Positions 39,401 to 51,500 of a DNA stretch of 64,000 nucleotides are shown here, in pieces. Source of the stretch: Takakia lepidozioides (lineage: Eukaryota; Plantae; Bryophyta); contig CM060731.1 in the NCBI GenBank assembly GCA_030704615.1, forward strand, positions 28,892,001-28,956,000, written 5' to 3'. Position 1 is the stretch's first letter. Each line of letters begins with the position of its first letter. The notes beneath the pieces were generated by a model that worked only from the letters and a program-made list of their open reading frames with translations, was not told the DNA's origin and made no database searches. The position numbers and the translations under genes were made by a program.

Positions 39401-42400
39401 CTACAGAAAAAAGGAAAGGAAGATTTTACGTCCATGGGAAGGTCAAAGAGATTATGGAACAAATGAAATGGAATGGTACTTCATAACAAAGAAAGAAGTA
39501 TGTCCTTGACAGTGCCAGACAGGGCAGAGGGGAAGTCGGAGACCAGGGGAAAGCAATATGTGCTGTTTCTCTTGTGATGTACGTGATATTTTGGGGTGTT
39601 GGACTGAAAACCGGTTATATGATGTGGGCAGTGATCACCTTCCAAGGAGATGATGCTGTTGAGATGTACTTCATAAAGTCAGGGGAGTGCAGAGTAAGTT
39701 TCTTGCTGAACTGATCTATCAATGGAACACGGCCATGCGGCTTTCCCATGTGGACTTGTTTCCCATTTGGATTGTTGGTGTGATTAGGCAACATACAAGA
39801 GGTTGATGTCATCAGAGGTGCTGTAGAACTCATCTGCCCTCCTGAATCAGTTGGATTATATCTATCATAGTCTTTATAGCTCTGTAGGTTGACACAATAT
39901 ACTCACTGCCTAAGCGAGCAATTGTTCATGGAAGCTTAGTGGAGATGTAGATATGTATGTGATGAGAAAAAGGTAGGGATACAGGCACGAGACTGTTTAT
40001 GAATCTGTTGTGCACAAACCTGTTTTGATGCAGGTGATAATGAAGATCCATGAAGAGAGGACATTTCGACGTTTACCCCGGGCTTCGAGCTTTTTATCAC
40101 AGTACTGGTATGTATTTCTGCATCTTCCTGCAGCAAATTAGGCCTGGATTTTCAGCGTTTCATTCTTTTGTGTCTCCTCTTGGGGCTTTCCATGGATGTA
40201 AAGTTCCTTCCTTGTTCCATTGGCTCTCATTGCCCTCTGGACATTATAATTTTGCTGCTTGTGCTTTAGACAATCACTTGAACAATAGTTCTTATCTCTC
40301 TGGCTTCCTGTTTTCTCTCATGTTTTTCTTTCCATTTTGTCCCATAAGCTCTATGAGCTTTCCGCGGACGTTATAAAGCACCATTTCATTTCTCTGAGCT
40401 ACATGTCAGGAGAACTTGGAAGTTACCCAACCTCACGACAAAGCTCCATTTCTATCGAGAAACATTCTTGGTTCTCCGAGATGATAGAATCTTGCGGCCC
40501 AATGGGAAAACCTGCAGTGGGAGGACCGCCTCTGTCCAGCTTGCACAGGGCGCAACCAGGAAATTGAAACTGAAGAACACTTCTTCTTCTATTGCCCTCA
40601 ATACTATGAGATCCGTGGGAGATTCCATTGTCTATTCCGTGGAACCCAATCTCTCACTGAGGTCTTTCACTATGAGGATCAGAAATGCTTGGCAGCCTAC
40701 CTGCACGAGGCATTCACCCTTAGACAATCACTCGAACAATAGTTCTTATCTTTGACTCTGGTTTCCTGTTTTCTCTCATGTTTTTCTTTCCATTTTGTCC
40801 CATAAGCTCTATGAGCTTTCCGCGGACGTTATAAAGCACCATTTCATTTCATTTTCATTTCTCTACTTTCTCTCTACTTTCGGTTGTGAATTCTGGGCTC
40901 CTGCCTTCCCAGTTTCCTGGTGGGAAAAGAATCTGGAACCATTGCAGTCATTCTTCCTCCAACTAATGCTTGGCGCCAGAGGCACAACTCCATCTCACAT
41001 ACTCAATGCAGAATTCGCCTGTGTGCCACTTCAAACTGAGGCCCTTTTCCGGCTTACAATTTTCCTGCATTGTTTACAAGCCCTTCCCCCAAAGGGGCTT
41101 GTGGCCAGGGCCCTCACAACATCTATTAGACTAAAAAATGCAAGCTTCAAACAATCCTGGTATGCTCGTGTGGATACCTTTTTTGAACGCCATGGACTCT
41201 CTATTGCTTCACTATTGCCAGTGAACCCAGAAGGGGTGGACATCATATCCAAGCACGACCGCAACCGACTCATTAGAAAGGAGCTCATGGAGCTACATGT
41301 CAGGAGAACTTGGAAGTTACCCAACCTCACGACAAAGCTCCATTCCTATCGAGAAACATTCTTGGTTCTCCGCGATGATAAAATCTTGTGGCCCAATTAC
41401 CTTTCGGCCTCTTTATCTCCTTCTCTCCTGAGGGCTTTGGGGCGGTTCAGGGTGGGCTCCCACAACCTACGTATAGAGACTGGCAGATGGGAAAACCTGC
41501 AGCGGGAGGACCGCCACTGTTCAGCTTGCACAGGGCGCAACCAGGAAATTGAAACTGAAGAACACTTCTTCTTCTATTGCCCTCTATACTATGAGTTCCG
41601 TGGGAGATTCCATTGTCTATTCCGTGAACCCAATCTCTCACTGAGGTCTTTCACTATGAGGCTTGGCAGCCTACCTGCACGAGGCATTCACCCTTAGACA
41701 ATCACTCGAACAATAGTTCTTATCTCTGACTCTGGTTTCCTGTTTTCTCTCATGTTTTTCTATCCATTTTGTCCCATAAGCTCTATGAGCTTTCCGCGGA
41801 CGTTATAAAGCACCATTTCATTCATTTCTCCATAAGCTCTTTGAGCTTTCCGCGGACGTTATAAAGTACCATTTCATTTCATTTCATTTCTCTTACTGGG
41901 GCTGTTTGTGGCCCCTCACTCTTTGTTGTTTCTCCTTCGTTATAAAGTACCATTTCATTTCATTTCCTCATGAAGTACCATCTCATTTCATTTAAATTTC
42001 CTCTTGCTCCATAAGCTCTTTGAGCTTCCCAGTTCAAGAAAAAGGACAGGGTTGACAATGCCCACAGAGAAATTAAATGAAATGATACTTCACAACGTCT
42101 GCGGGAAGCTCAAAGAGCTTATGGGACAAGAAATGAAATGAAATGGTGCTTTATAACGTCCGCGGAAAGCTCGTAGAGCTTATGGGACAAAATGGAAAGA
42201 AAACATGAGAGAGGAACAAATCCAGAAACCATAATTAATGTTCTAGCGATTGTCTAAGGGTGAAGGCCTCGTGTAGGTAGGCTGACAAGAGAAAGCGAGA
42301 AAAAGAGTGGGGCCCTCCACAAGAGAATGAATTGAAATGAAATGAAATGAAATGAAATGAGATGGTACTTTAGAACGTCCATAGTTGCAGTTATATGGAG

Positions 42401-45400
42401 ACACCTTCCACCATCCTCTGCAGGGATGGAATCTCACTGCCAACTACTTATTCAAGCCTCTCCCTCAGTCTGTGAACCCCACAAAAGGCTCCGGGAGGGT
42501 TAGTTTCCCACGGGATCAATGGCTTTAAGGCTATGGCGATTTCTCAGGGATCGGCATGAGTACATTCTTTTCCTGGCATAGGGTCTATGGCCACAAGGCT
42601 ATGGTAAACGTCTTATGAGTACGTTTTCTTTTCCATGCATTGGGACGATTCAGGGTGGGCTCACGTAGAGACTGGCAGATGGATAAGCTGCTGCCGCAAA
42701 ACACCTTTGTCCTGCTTGCACTAAATGAGAGATTGGAGACTGAGCCAGACGAATATTTCTTCTTTCACTAACGAAATCCGGGGCCGCTGCTTTTACCTAT
42801 TTAGAGACAGCCAATCCCTGACCGGTTCCATTGCGAGGATCTGAGCTTCCTTGCAGCAAGGCAAGGAATCTCTTCACCTTAGAATCTCGTGAACTTAAAT
42901 TGTAGTATACTGGAGCTTCCGATGGATTTTTTCCAGTTTCTTTCTTTCCACTGTCTATTCCGCGGAACTCAATCTTTCAGATCAGAAATGCGGAACTCAA
43001 TCTCTCGGATCAGAAATGCTTGGCAGCTTACCTGCACGAGGCCTTCACCCTTAGACAATCCCTCCAGCAGTAGTTTTTTTTTGCTCTGGTTTTGTTTCCT
43101 CTCTCATGTTTTTTATCCATTTTGTCCCATAAGCTCTTTGAGCTTTCCGCGGACGTTATAAAGTACCATTTCATTTAATTTCATTTCTTTTCTCCAGTCG
43201 CTTACTGAAGTCTTCCATTATGAGGATCAGAAATGCTTGGCAGCTTACCTGCATGAGGCCTTGACCCTTAGACAATCCCTTGAGCAGTAGTGGCTTTTGG
43301 GCTGTTTTTTGGCTCTGGTTTTGTTTCCTCTCTCTGGTTTTTTCCCATTTTGTCCCAGAAGCTCTTTGAGCTTTCCGCGGACATTATAAAGTACCATTTC
43401 ATTTCATTTCTTGTTTCTTGCTTTCCTATTGTCCCATAAGCTCTTTGAGCTTTCTGCGGACGTTATAAAGTTCCATGTCATTTCATTTCTTCTGTTTGGA
43501 GATAAATATATCCGAGGGATGGAGAGGCCCGCAGATCAAAATTCATACACCCAAAACAAAACAACAATCAAAAGCCAACTTTATAAACCTCTCCAAGGTG
43601 CATATCAACTTGTCGGCAACCAGAGCAAGCTTCTCGCTGCAGTCAATCCACGGAAGACTGGTCAAACTAGCCAAGAGAAACTCGGACCCAGTACAAGGAT
43701 GCAAAAGCCAAAGAACCTAGAATGACATGGGCTGTTCTGAAAAACCCTTACTACATCTTGCTGGAAACCACATGTTCTTGATGGCGGACCAGTTTGCTGG
43801 TCGGCCAGGAGAACAAGAAATAATAACATCCACGGGAAGCCTAGCAGTGCTCAAATAATTCTGCAGTCTGCTGGATCAAGTTTCATAGAGGCCGCAGGCT
43901 ATTCAATGGCCAATATCTCCACGGTGTTGATATGTGAACCGTGGCTTTCTGTCTTGATTGGTCCTGATTTTCATCCATGGCACTGGAATTGAAATCATGT
44001 ATGTAGCGTGCACATGCAGGGCCCACATATCACTTCATCTTCTTTCCTGGAGCAGGCTTGTACAGTCTGGCATGACCTCAAGGGGATAAACATGATCCCA
44101 CGAAAATAGATTGGGAACCCCAGTGGCCATGATAGGGCACCATCATTACATGATACATGCTTTGCTTAGAGCCTGAACAGTAATCAACATAGGGCCTGGT
44201 TATCTATGCTGTAATCGATTTTTTGCAGTCTTTGTCAATGCACTGTGAGGGACCTGTTCTAGCTTGCTTTTCAGTTCAATGCATGACAGTGATACAGCAA
44301 TGAGGTGTAGTTAACAATCACTTTCTGGCAGTCAATGTCTTGCCCGCTGAGGCCCATGCTGAAACACCATTTTGTTTCCATAAATAGCCCCTGTAGTGTG
44401 CAAGGATGGGCCGGATTGATCTCTTGCAGCTAGAATATAGGGGGTCCAACTCCTGGCATATAGTTGGTGGGGCCAGTTTGACGTTCGTCACCTGCTAAAT
44501 GGGCCGCTAGGACATGTGAGTAAACTTTGAACGATTGTCACAAACTAGCATTCTGGCCTTCACTGTTTGGCTAAACAGAGGCATTGCTGAAACAGGGTGT
44601 GTGCATTGACATGCCTGTGCATTTGGGAAACCTCCAATCTGGGACTCACACATCCTTTACGAAATCATACATTGTGCTTTGTGTGTGTGAGTGCAAAGAC
44701 CAACACATTGCCTCTGGACGGAGCCTAACATTACCACTGCTGTTAATGAACAGGCCCACAAAGCACCATCACTGCAAGCAGGAGATGGAAGAAAGGGAAC
44801 GGGAGTGGTGGCATCCATCACTTGTCAAACGGTTATCTGTTGAGAAACCACGAACCTCACGAATCCTACGGTCCCAGTCACTGCCATTCACCAGGCTTCC
44901 TTTGCGGCTAGGTCCAGCTTTGCTGAGAAGCCCTGACATGATAAACCAATTAGTTGTGCGCAAAAGATCCCCATCTCGTGCCCGGCGCTCTCTTGCAGGC
45001 ATCCGACGGTCTACATCATCCTTTAGCAGCTTCCTGCCTGCCAAGGGACGCTCCATGTCATCATTTAGACGGCACAGCTCTGTACCTGGAATCCGTCGTA
45101 AGTCCTCCAAGAAGCATAGCTTACCAGCCGATTTAACGGGGGACCTTCTGTCTGCCTGGGGTTCCCCTAAAGGCTCTTCTGAAGTTTTAGTCCGGTCAGG
45201 GACTCAGGAGCATCGAGAGTCTTCTTTTGTTGGTGGACTGCCAGTGAGCATGGCTTCAGGCTCCCTGGGGTCCAAGTCCTGGTCCTTGAGTAACGCAGAG
45301 GAGGAAGCTGTGACCACTAGGGCACACTTTGACTCGCGAAAACACGCTTCATTCCACTGTAGCAGGGAAGAGATGCCCCAAAAACAGAAATACTCATTGG

Positions 45401-47485
45401 GTCTGTTTTTAACAGAATGTGAGAAAAAGCAAAAGGCTCAGAAACTGGCTGAAATGGAATTCTCAGAGAAGGACAATCTCTTGTGGCAGATTGGGAGCAT
45501 GAGGGAAGGAATAATGCCTGCTGTATTGGGCCAGGAGAATGTGTACTATCAAAAGAAGTTCCAGAGATGGGCCCATAATGTTATCAACCGCGAAAAAATA
45601 TTGTTATCCTACAATGTGTTTGCAGGAACATCAGCGCCCAGCTTTATGCCAGGAATATCCGACAGCACGGTTATGAGACTCGTGCGTGACAAGTCTGACC
45701 AGAAGAAGTCCACAGCTAGGAAATCTGCAAAGCCTGCCAAGGTTGATACCCTGACCTCTTAAGACTGTTGATTTGTCAGCCCTTTTGGTTTAGTTTGTCA
45801 GTCCACATCTTTGTCTGTGTTAGTCATGTGGTGGTTTGAAAGCTCGATTCCCAAGTAAAATTACACCGGACCTTTCTTGCTACATGCCAAATGCTCCCAT
45901 TCATGCTTCGTCAGAAGTGACATTTTATCCAGAGGTATAGACTAATTGTGAGCTTTGGGTCATTTGTGGGGTGGTGGTCAGGCTTCTACAATCCTTGACA
46001 TTGGGGCACTTAATCCTGGCCAATTCTTTGGAGAGGTACTGACTTGCTTATCTTTAGCATAAATATGACCCAGGGACTTTTTACCTCTGACCATAAGTGA
46101 AGTCGTTCTAGTGAACCATGTCCAGTTTCACATGCTAGTAAATATTCCTTGCTCCATATTCTCCACAGACCAGGCCATGATTTTTACAAGTTGGGAAGCT
46201 GTAATTCCGAATGGGTTTTTGTGGGATTTGATGGATTCTGATGGTGCCTATAGTGATGCAGAGGGGCTTGATGACACATACAAAAAGGGCAGCTAGCATT
46301 GTGGCGGTGACCAGGGTCGACACACTTGTGCTAACAAAATGGGACTACCACCGACACTGTGACCGCAATATTATCAAAGTCCTCTCTCAAAATGTATGTT
46401 GCTTGATAGCCCTCAGGGAGTAACATACACACACCAGTCCATATATCTCAGCATATGCATGATGCATGTGACATCTCACAGCACTGACTGTTTGAATGCG
46501 TTTGCTTGTTTATAGATTGCATGTCGAGTGATGAACTGTTGTAGTTGTCATTTATAAGTTTTGACTCTTGTGAGTGTCCGTTTTGGTGTATGTTCAAATG
46601 TAATGTGAACTATTAAGGATTTTTGGTTTACGACTGACGAACTGTGGGATTGAGGGTGTAAACAGGAGTACAAGAAGGAGAAGCATCTTTACAAGGAGTA
46701 CTTGAAAACATGCAAGTGGGAACGGCACAAGGTTGTTGAAACTCACATGTTTGCCATTCTGTTACCCCATCATACCTATCTACAGTTTGATGTGAGAAAG
46801 TAGGAGCTCTGTAGCTCACTTCACTTCTACAAGGATGATACCTTCACTGGAAATGCTGCTGCAATACTACTTATCTGCCACATTCTTCGCATCACTCACC
46901 TGTGCATTGGAGCCTTTTAGAATCAGTTTGCACAATCTGAAGATTGAGAGGCAGAATTGACGTACTATGCGGGCACAGAATATACCTCCTCGCATGTCCA
47001 ACAGGAAATTAGGTGGAGGGAGATCCTACTGTCTTTCCTGAGGCTGTGCATCCTTAGCAGAGGCATTTAGTTTTGAAGACGAGAGAGATGTTTCCAAGCA
47101 TCAGCTTTGGGTGGCGCTGGATGAAGTGATTTCTAGTGGTTTCTTTGTTTGTTATCTGTTCATGTCCCATAAGCTCATCCTGTGAATGCTATGGAGTTCT
47201 TTCATCTCCTGGCTTCCTGTTTTCTCCCATGTTTTTCTTTCCATTTTGTCCCATAAGCTCTATGAGCTTTCCACGGACGTTATAAAGCACCATTTCATTT
47301 CATTTCTCCCCCTTGCATTTTCAGCAGCCTGTTGGGGATGACTTGTGCAGAGGAAGGTGGTGGAGGATGCGCTTGCAGCCAAGAAAAACCGCATAGCCAT
47401 CCGAGTAGGACCACGCGAAGTGCGTGTGCTCCCTAGGCCGGGCGCATCAAAGAAAGAGCTGCCCAGAAAGGAATGGCTTTGGTAG
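33432..47485 (+). CDS. Multi-exon protein with two tandem cyclic-nucleotide-binding (CNB) domains (CNBD2-like)
   Basis: Phase-consistent exons at 34683-34861, 35284-35380, 35801-35846, 36072-36130 (KQGQKGNIFYIVFTGSLK), 36398-36498 (GQWFGDMALESENFIR), 37359-37386, 37603-37695, 38428-38515, 39632-39693 (FQGDDAVEMYFIKSGECR), 40034-40107, 44754-45741, 45982-46035 (GQFFGE) and 46262-46393 (RAASIVA..TLVLTKWDY). The first exons (~33432-34050) and last exons (~46950-47485) are tentative. Confidence 0.82.
37954..39490 (-). mobile_element. Several antisense RTE-X LINE 3' ends in CNB-gene introns
   Basis: (GAAAT)n followed by CTTTATAACGTCCGCGGAAAGCTCA.AGAGCTTATGGGAC at ~37954, ~38608 and ~38808, plus degenerate bits at ~38970 and ~39420. 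Confidence 0.8.
40266..43490. mobile_element. Stack of 5'-truncated RTE-X LINE copies with (CATTT)n tails
   Basis: More than 10 copies of the same 3' UTR. Plus-strand copies lie at ~40266-40392, 40395-40862, 40863-41828, 41829-41890, 42940-43190, 43205-43410 and 43430-43490. Minus-strand copies lie at ~42070-42128, 42130-42285 and 42335-42380. Confidence 0.9.
40863..41697 (+). pseudogene. RTE-X ORF2 C-terminal part (post-RT region and CCHC zinc finger)
   Basis: FGCEFW...Q.FFLQLMLG....TPSHILNAEF...PL and RFRVGSHNLRIETGRW...RHCSAC...ETEEHFFFYCPLY, motifs characteristic of the RTE-X clade. Confidence 0.8.
47215..47305 (+). mobile_element. Short RTE-X 3' end
   Basis: Same GTCCCATAAGCTCTATGAGCTTTCC..GGACGTTATAAAGCACCATTTCATTTC terminus. 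Confidence 0.85.
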
Positions 47486-48101
47486 TTTTTGTTCGTTGCA
47501 CCTTGATGGCACTGGGGTGATGTAAGTCATTCAACACTGGTTCTGCATTGACCCATCATGGTCCCATCCTTTTACAATTTTGTTTTCTTGTTCTTTACAA
47601 TTGTAGTCTGCAATGTATGATACAACCAGGAATTGTTATGTTAGTGTACACACGTCAGTTTGTCAGAGTGAGTTCCCAGCAAATGTGATGATGTATTCTC
47701 TCTCTACATGTGCTTTATTGTTTGGAAATAAGCGAGATGACCATTGCAGAATGACCCCTGCAGTTTTCCGTGAGGTGGAAATTGTGCATTTTCATGCTTT
47801 CCTAGTCTTTTTTCAATCATACTAAATGTCTAATTATGTACGTTGTTACATCGCTTTTGAATGTCCAATGCTGAGTTTGATGATGGCAGGTCTTCCTCTT
47901 CATCATCCTCTTGCATGAAACAGCTCCCAGTAAGTTGTTCTTTGTCAGCTTTATTTTCCAACATGTGGATGTTCCTGTGGTCTCATTTACTATGTGGTAC
48001 AGTAAGGATCGATTTGCAGCCTGAAGCTTTGCCAACACGTCCTTCATCTCGCTCAGAAGGAACAGGTGAACTTGATAGTACTTGAACTTGAACCTCCAGA
48101 T

Positions 48102-48453
48102 GGACTGGATCAAGCAACCTTGAGCTTCCCACACGTGCAGGACAAATTGCGAGTGAAGAAACATCAATCAATTGTATTACAGAACCACGAAACCGAAGCT
48201 TACTATTCAGATACTCACATCATATGAGCAAACTCAATGTTAACCTCATCACACATTATATGCTTAGTATCAAAAAGGACTGAATCAAGCAACCTTGAGC
48301 TTCCCCACACTTGCAGGACAAATTGCGAGTGAAGAAACATCAATCAATTGTATTACAGAACCACGAAACTGAAGCTTACTATTCAGATACTCACATCATA
48401 TCAGTCAAACTCAATGTTAACCTCATCACACATTATATGTTTAGTATCAAAAA
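48102..48453. repeat. Tandem duplication of a ~175-bp unit
   Basis: 48102-48276 and 48277-48453 are near-identical (GGACTG.ATCAAGCAACC...TTAGTATCAAAAA). Confidence 0.92.
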
Positions 48454-48502
48454 GGTCTGATCACATCTGATCACACTGCTCAAATGTTGTCCACTTCCCA
48501 TG

Positions 48503-51500
48503 CTATGCAACTAGGTGTTTGCCACATGTCCGTCTGCCGTGGAAGTTGAATTCTTGTGGTACTGTGAGCTTTTTCGTGGACCTGCAAATGCCAACCTCGC
48601 TGTCAGCTTCTTGTTGCCATGAAAATTCAGCAAGAAAATTCAAGTCCCAGAGATGTCAATCACCTGTGTGGCTTGAAGGGCCTGTCAAAACAGGGAACTT
48701 TCTGTGCGTGTAAAGCCAGATGCTTGTGCGGCCGTTTGCATTCGTCTTCGTTAACCTGTTGCAATTCAAAATTAGCAGTTCTTATTCTTATTGCCCATAA
48801 AGTTCTGCAGTAGCTACGGAACACAAAAGTGGACAGTGGGAAGTGTTATGTGCATCCAAAAAAAATTCATGTTCTGAAGACTGGAGGCTAGACTGGAGTG
48901 GAGCCTCCGCTGCATACTCTAATAAGGTGTTAAAGTATACTATTGACCGGTCTACAAGGAACAATACTCCATAAATAAGAGAGCTGTTGGACCTGCAGCG
49001 CAAGATGGCAAAGATTTTCATACTGTAGTACATATCATTGTGCCAACAACCACAACGGACTTCATGTTCTGCTAGAAGAAAGTACCTTGGCTTTTATTAT
49101 TGTAAGCCCTTGGAAGGCAGTGTGGAATCCCTCTCTGGCAGCAATATACTCCTCCATCTTCTTGTTGAATTCAATTTCTTTCAGTACACCTCTTTCCTGT
49201 AAAGTGAACATGTTTGCACCCCACATATTTTCAGCTTACAAATAGAGTCGGTCCTGGGCCTCAGCTCCATATAAATGTGTACTTCAGCTGCAGTAGTGCT
49301 CAAATTCATACATAACTCGTGGGATTACCTGGGTGCGCAACCGGAAAGGGTGAGGACTAGTTGTCACTTTTTTTTTGTGCTTTGCACCACATGAACCTGC
49401 AGCTTCTTTTGAACCACCTCTACCCTGGTGAAACACAAACCAGATTATTAGTCGGAAGTATGATGGTATGAACAAAACAACTCAGAGACATGAGTTAACG
49501 GACTGAAAGGGAGGGTGTGTTTGCTTTTCCCTCCTGGAGCAGATTACATCCACAACCAGCCATGCACTGACCTTACAGTTATTGGTCTCGCGGGAATCTT
49601 CAGATACAGAGTTAACTTTCTTGCTGCCCCCTTCAGCAATGGTCTCTGAGCTCTTTCTGCTTGTAACACAAGACCAAGAAGTCGGAATATGACAATCAGA
49701 AATTATAGATAGATCAGCCCATCTAACCTGGCACAGCGGACTCTCTTCTAATCCAGAGACCCACACACGTTTTATTTGGGGAGTCATGTGCAAAGTCCAT
49801 TGCATCCAGAAGCACAGAATCCATATTGAGACTCTTGAAGAGCCAAAAAGCCAATGTTAGTGTCACCATGGAGGCATTTTGAAAATACCTCTTCTTTCCC
49901 TGCCGCTTCTCATAATTCTGGTTTAATTGACTAACCACACCAGGACACTTTCCATCCAGCTTTTGCTCTGCTCCTGTTTTAACATCAGATAGGCTTGGTG
50001 TCTTAGCAGTGCTTGTATTACACCCTACAATTGGTATCTCAAGTGAGCAGACCCCCTCAACACTAAGGGGTTCCTCCTCCGGACGGTTAGTGCCACAAAT
50101 ATCTTCAGTCTCGGGGAGAACCCTGTCAATGCTGTCGATAATCCCTTCACCCACCATCTTGGAGTCCACATCAGTGCCCAACTGCATTTGCTTAGGCTGA
50201 CAATTCTCAAGAGAGTCCTGGACTTGCAGTTCTGAGACGTGAGTATTGTTGTACTGTGGTTCTCCATTCAGATCAAGATCGTTAAGGTCAGCAGACCCTG
50301 ACTCCTTTCCACTTCCTCTTGCAGACCCTCCTGAACCCAGTCTATCGACATCGGTATCCGTCCCAAGTCTCTTGAGATTGGGCTCAAAATCTTCATGCAC
50401 CTCCTGAACATCCACTTGAGAGACTTGACCTTCATCCTCCTGAGCAGAAAGCAGCAAAGTTTGAAAAACCTCCTCAAGACGGACTTGCTTAAGGTGCTCA
50501 CTCGTCGAGTCGGCAGAACTTTCTCTCTCACTCTGATCCACAGCAGGAGCGTGTTCCAGCAAACCGGAATCCTCAGGGGAAGGCCCTCCCACGTCATCTA
50601 GTGTCAAGTCCTCACTCTCTGGCACTAACATGCTTCCGCCCTGTCCAGCCTGCTCAGGCGGTGGGATGACCTCTTCTTCCGCTGTGCTACTCTCATGCAT
50701 GTCAATATCATCTGAAGGCGTACCTGCTTTCTCTTTAGAATCACTGTAGTCTTCTGGTCCCTGCGTGAAGCAGGTCAGCTCACTATTCTCAGGATCAATT
50801 CTGACAGAGCCTTGCACCTTACTAACGGGTGTAGCCCGTCGAGCAACTAGATATTTCCTTGGGGGCACACAAGCAGGACTGGCATAGTTCGGGTTATTTG
50901 CAGCACATCTCGAGGACCGGCAGTGGTGTCCATTGTACGGAGACGATGTCGCCTCGGTGCTCGCACCTGCTTTCTTCATTTCTTTGCACTCTTCTGGGGC
51001 AGGTGAGGCAGACTCCTTCGCCGTCGTCTTGCAGCCAACACTCCTCCCCATAACGGTTGACTGTTGGGCTGGTGAGTCCAAGCCCACAGTGGAAGTTTTC
51101 ACCCCACCATTTTTTCCTTTCAGAGCCTTCGCAGTCACTCGAACGGTACTTTCTGGAAGAGCAATTTGGCTATGTGTCTCTGCAGCTCTGTCGCATTCGT
51201 TCGCTACGTCTCCCTCCTTTTTCTGTAAGTTCGCATCCTCCGTTGCAGCAGCTGGGACTTTTGGGAGGCGAGTTGTCGATGGTGGCACTGGTAGTGCCTC
51301 TCTCAGATTTTTCAAGTTACTGGAGCGATTGATCGGCACTTCTGCAGACAGTCCAGCAGTAGGCCTCCTCGTGCTTTTTGCACTCTTCGATGGAGCGACA
51401 GCAGGGGAGTTTCTAACCTTGTTGGTGGCCTGATTGGGGTCGTCATTCTCCGACTGAGAGAATCTGGCCACGGGTGATGGTTTTGAAGTATCAGTAGGAA

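Noticed and set aside
40266-43490. CRISPR-like appearance of regularly recurring palindromic ~60-bp repeats
   Set aside because: The repeats are LINE 3' UTRs attached to RTE-X ORF2 sequence, occur in both orientations, have related rather than unique spacers, and lie in a eukaryotic intron with no cas genes.
49495-49520. GGACTGAAAGGGAG resembling miR319
   Set aside because: Partial match only, with no fold-back partner nearby.
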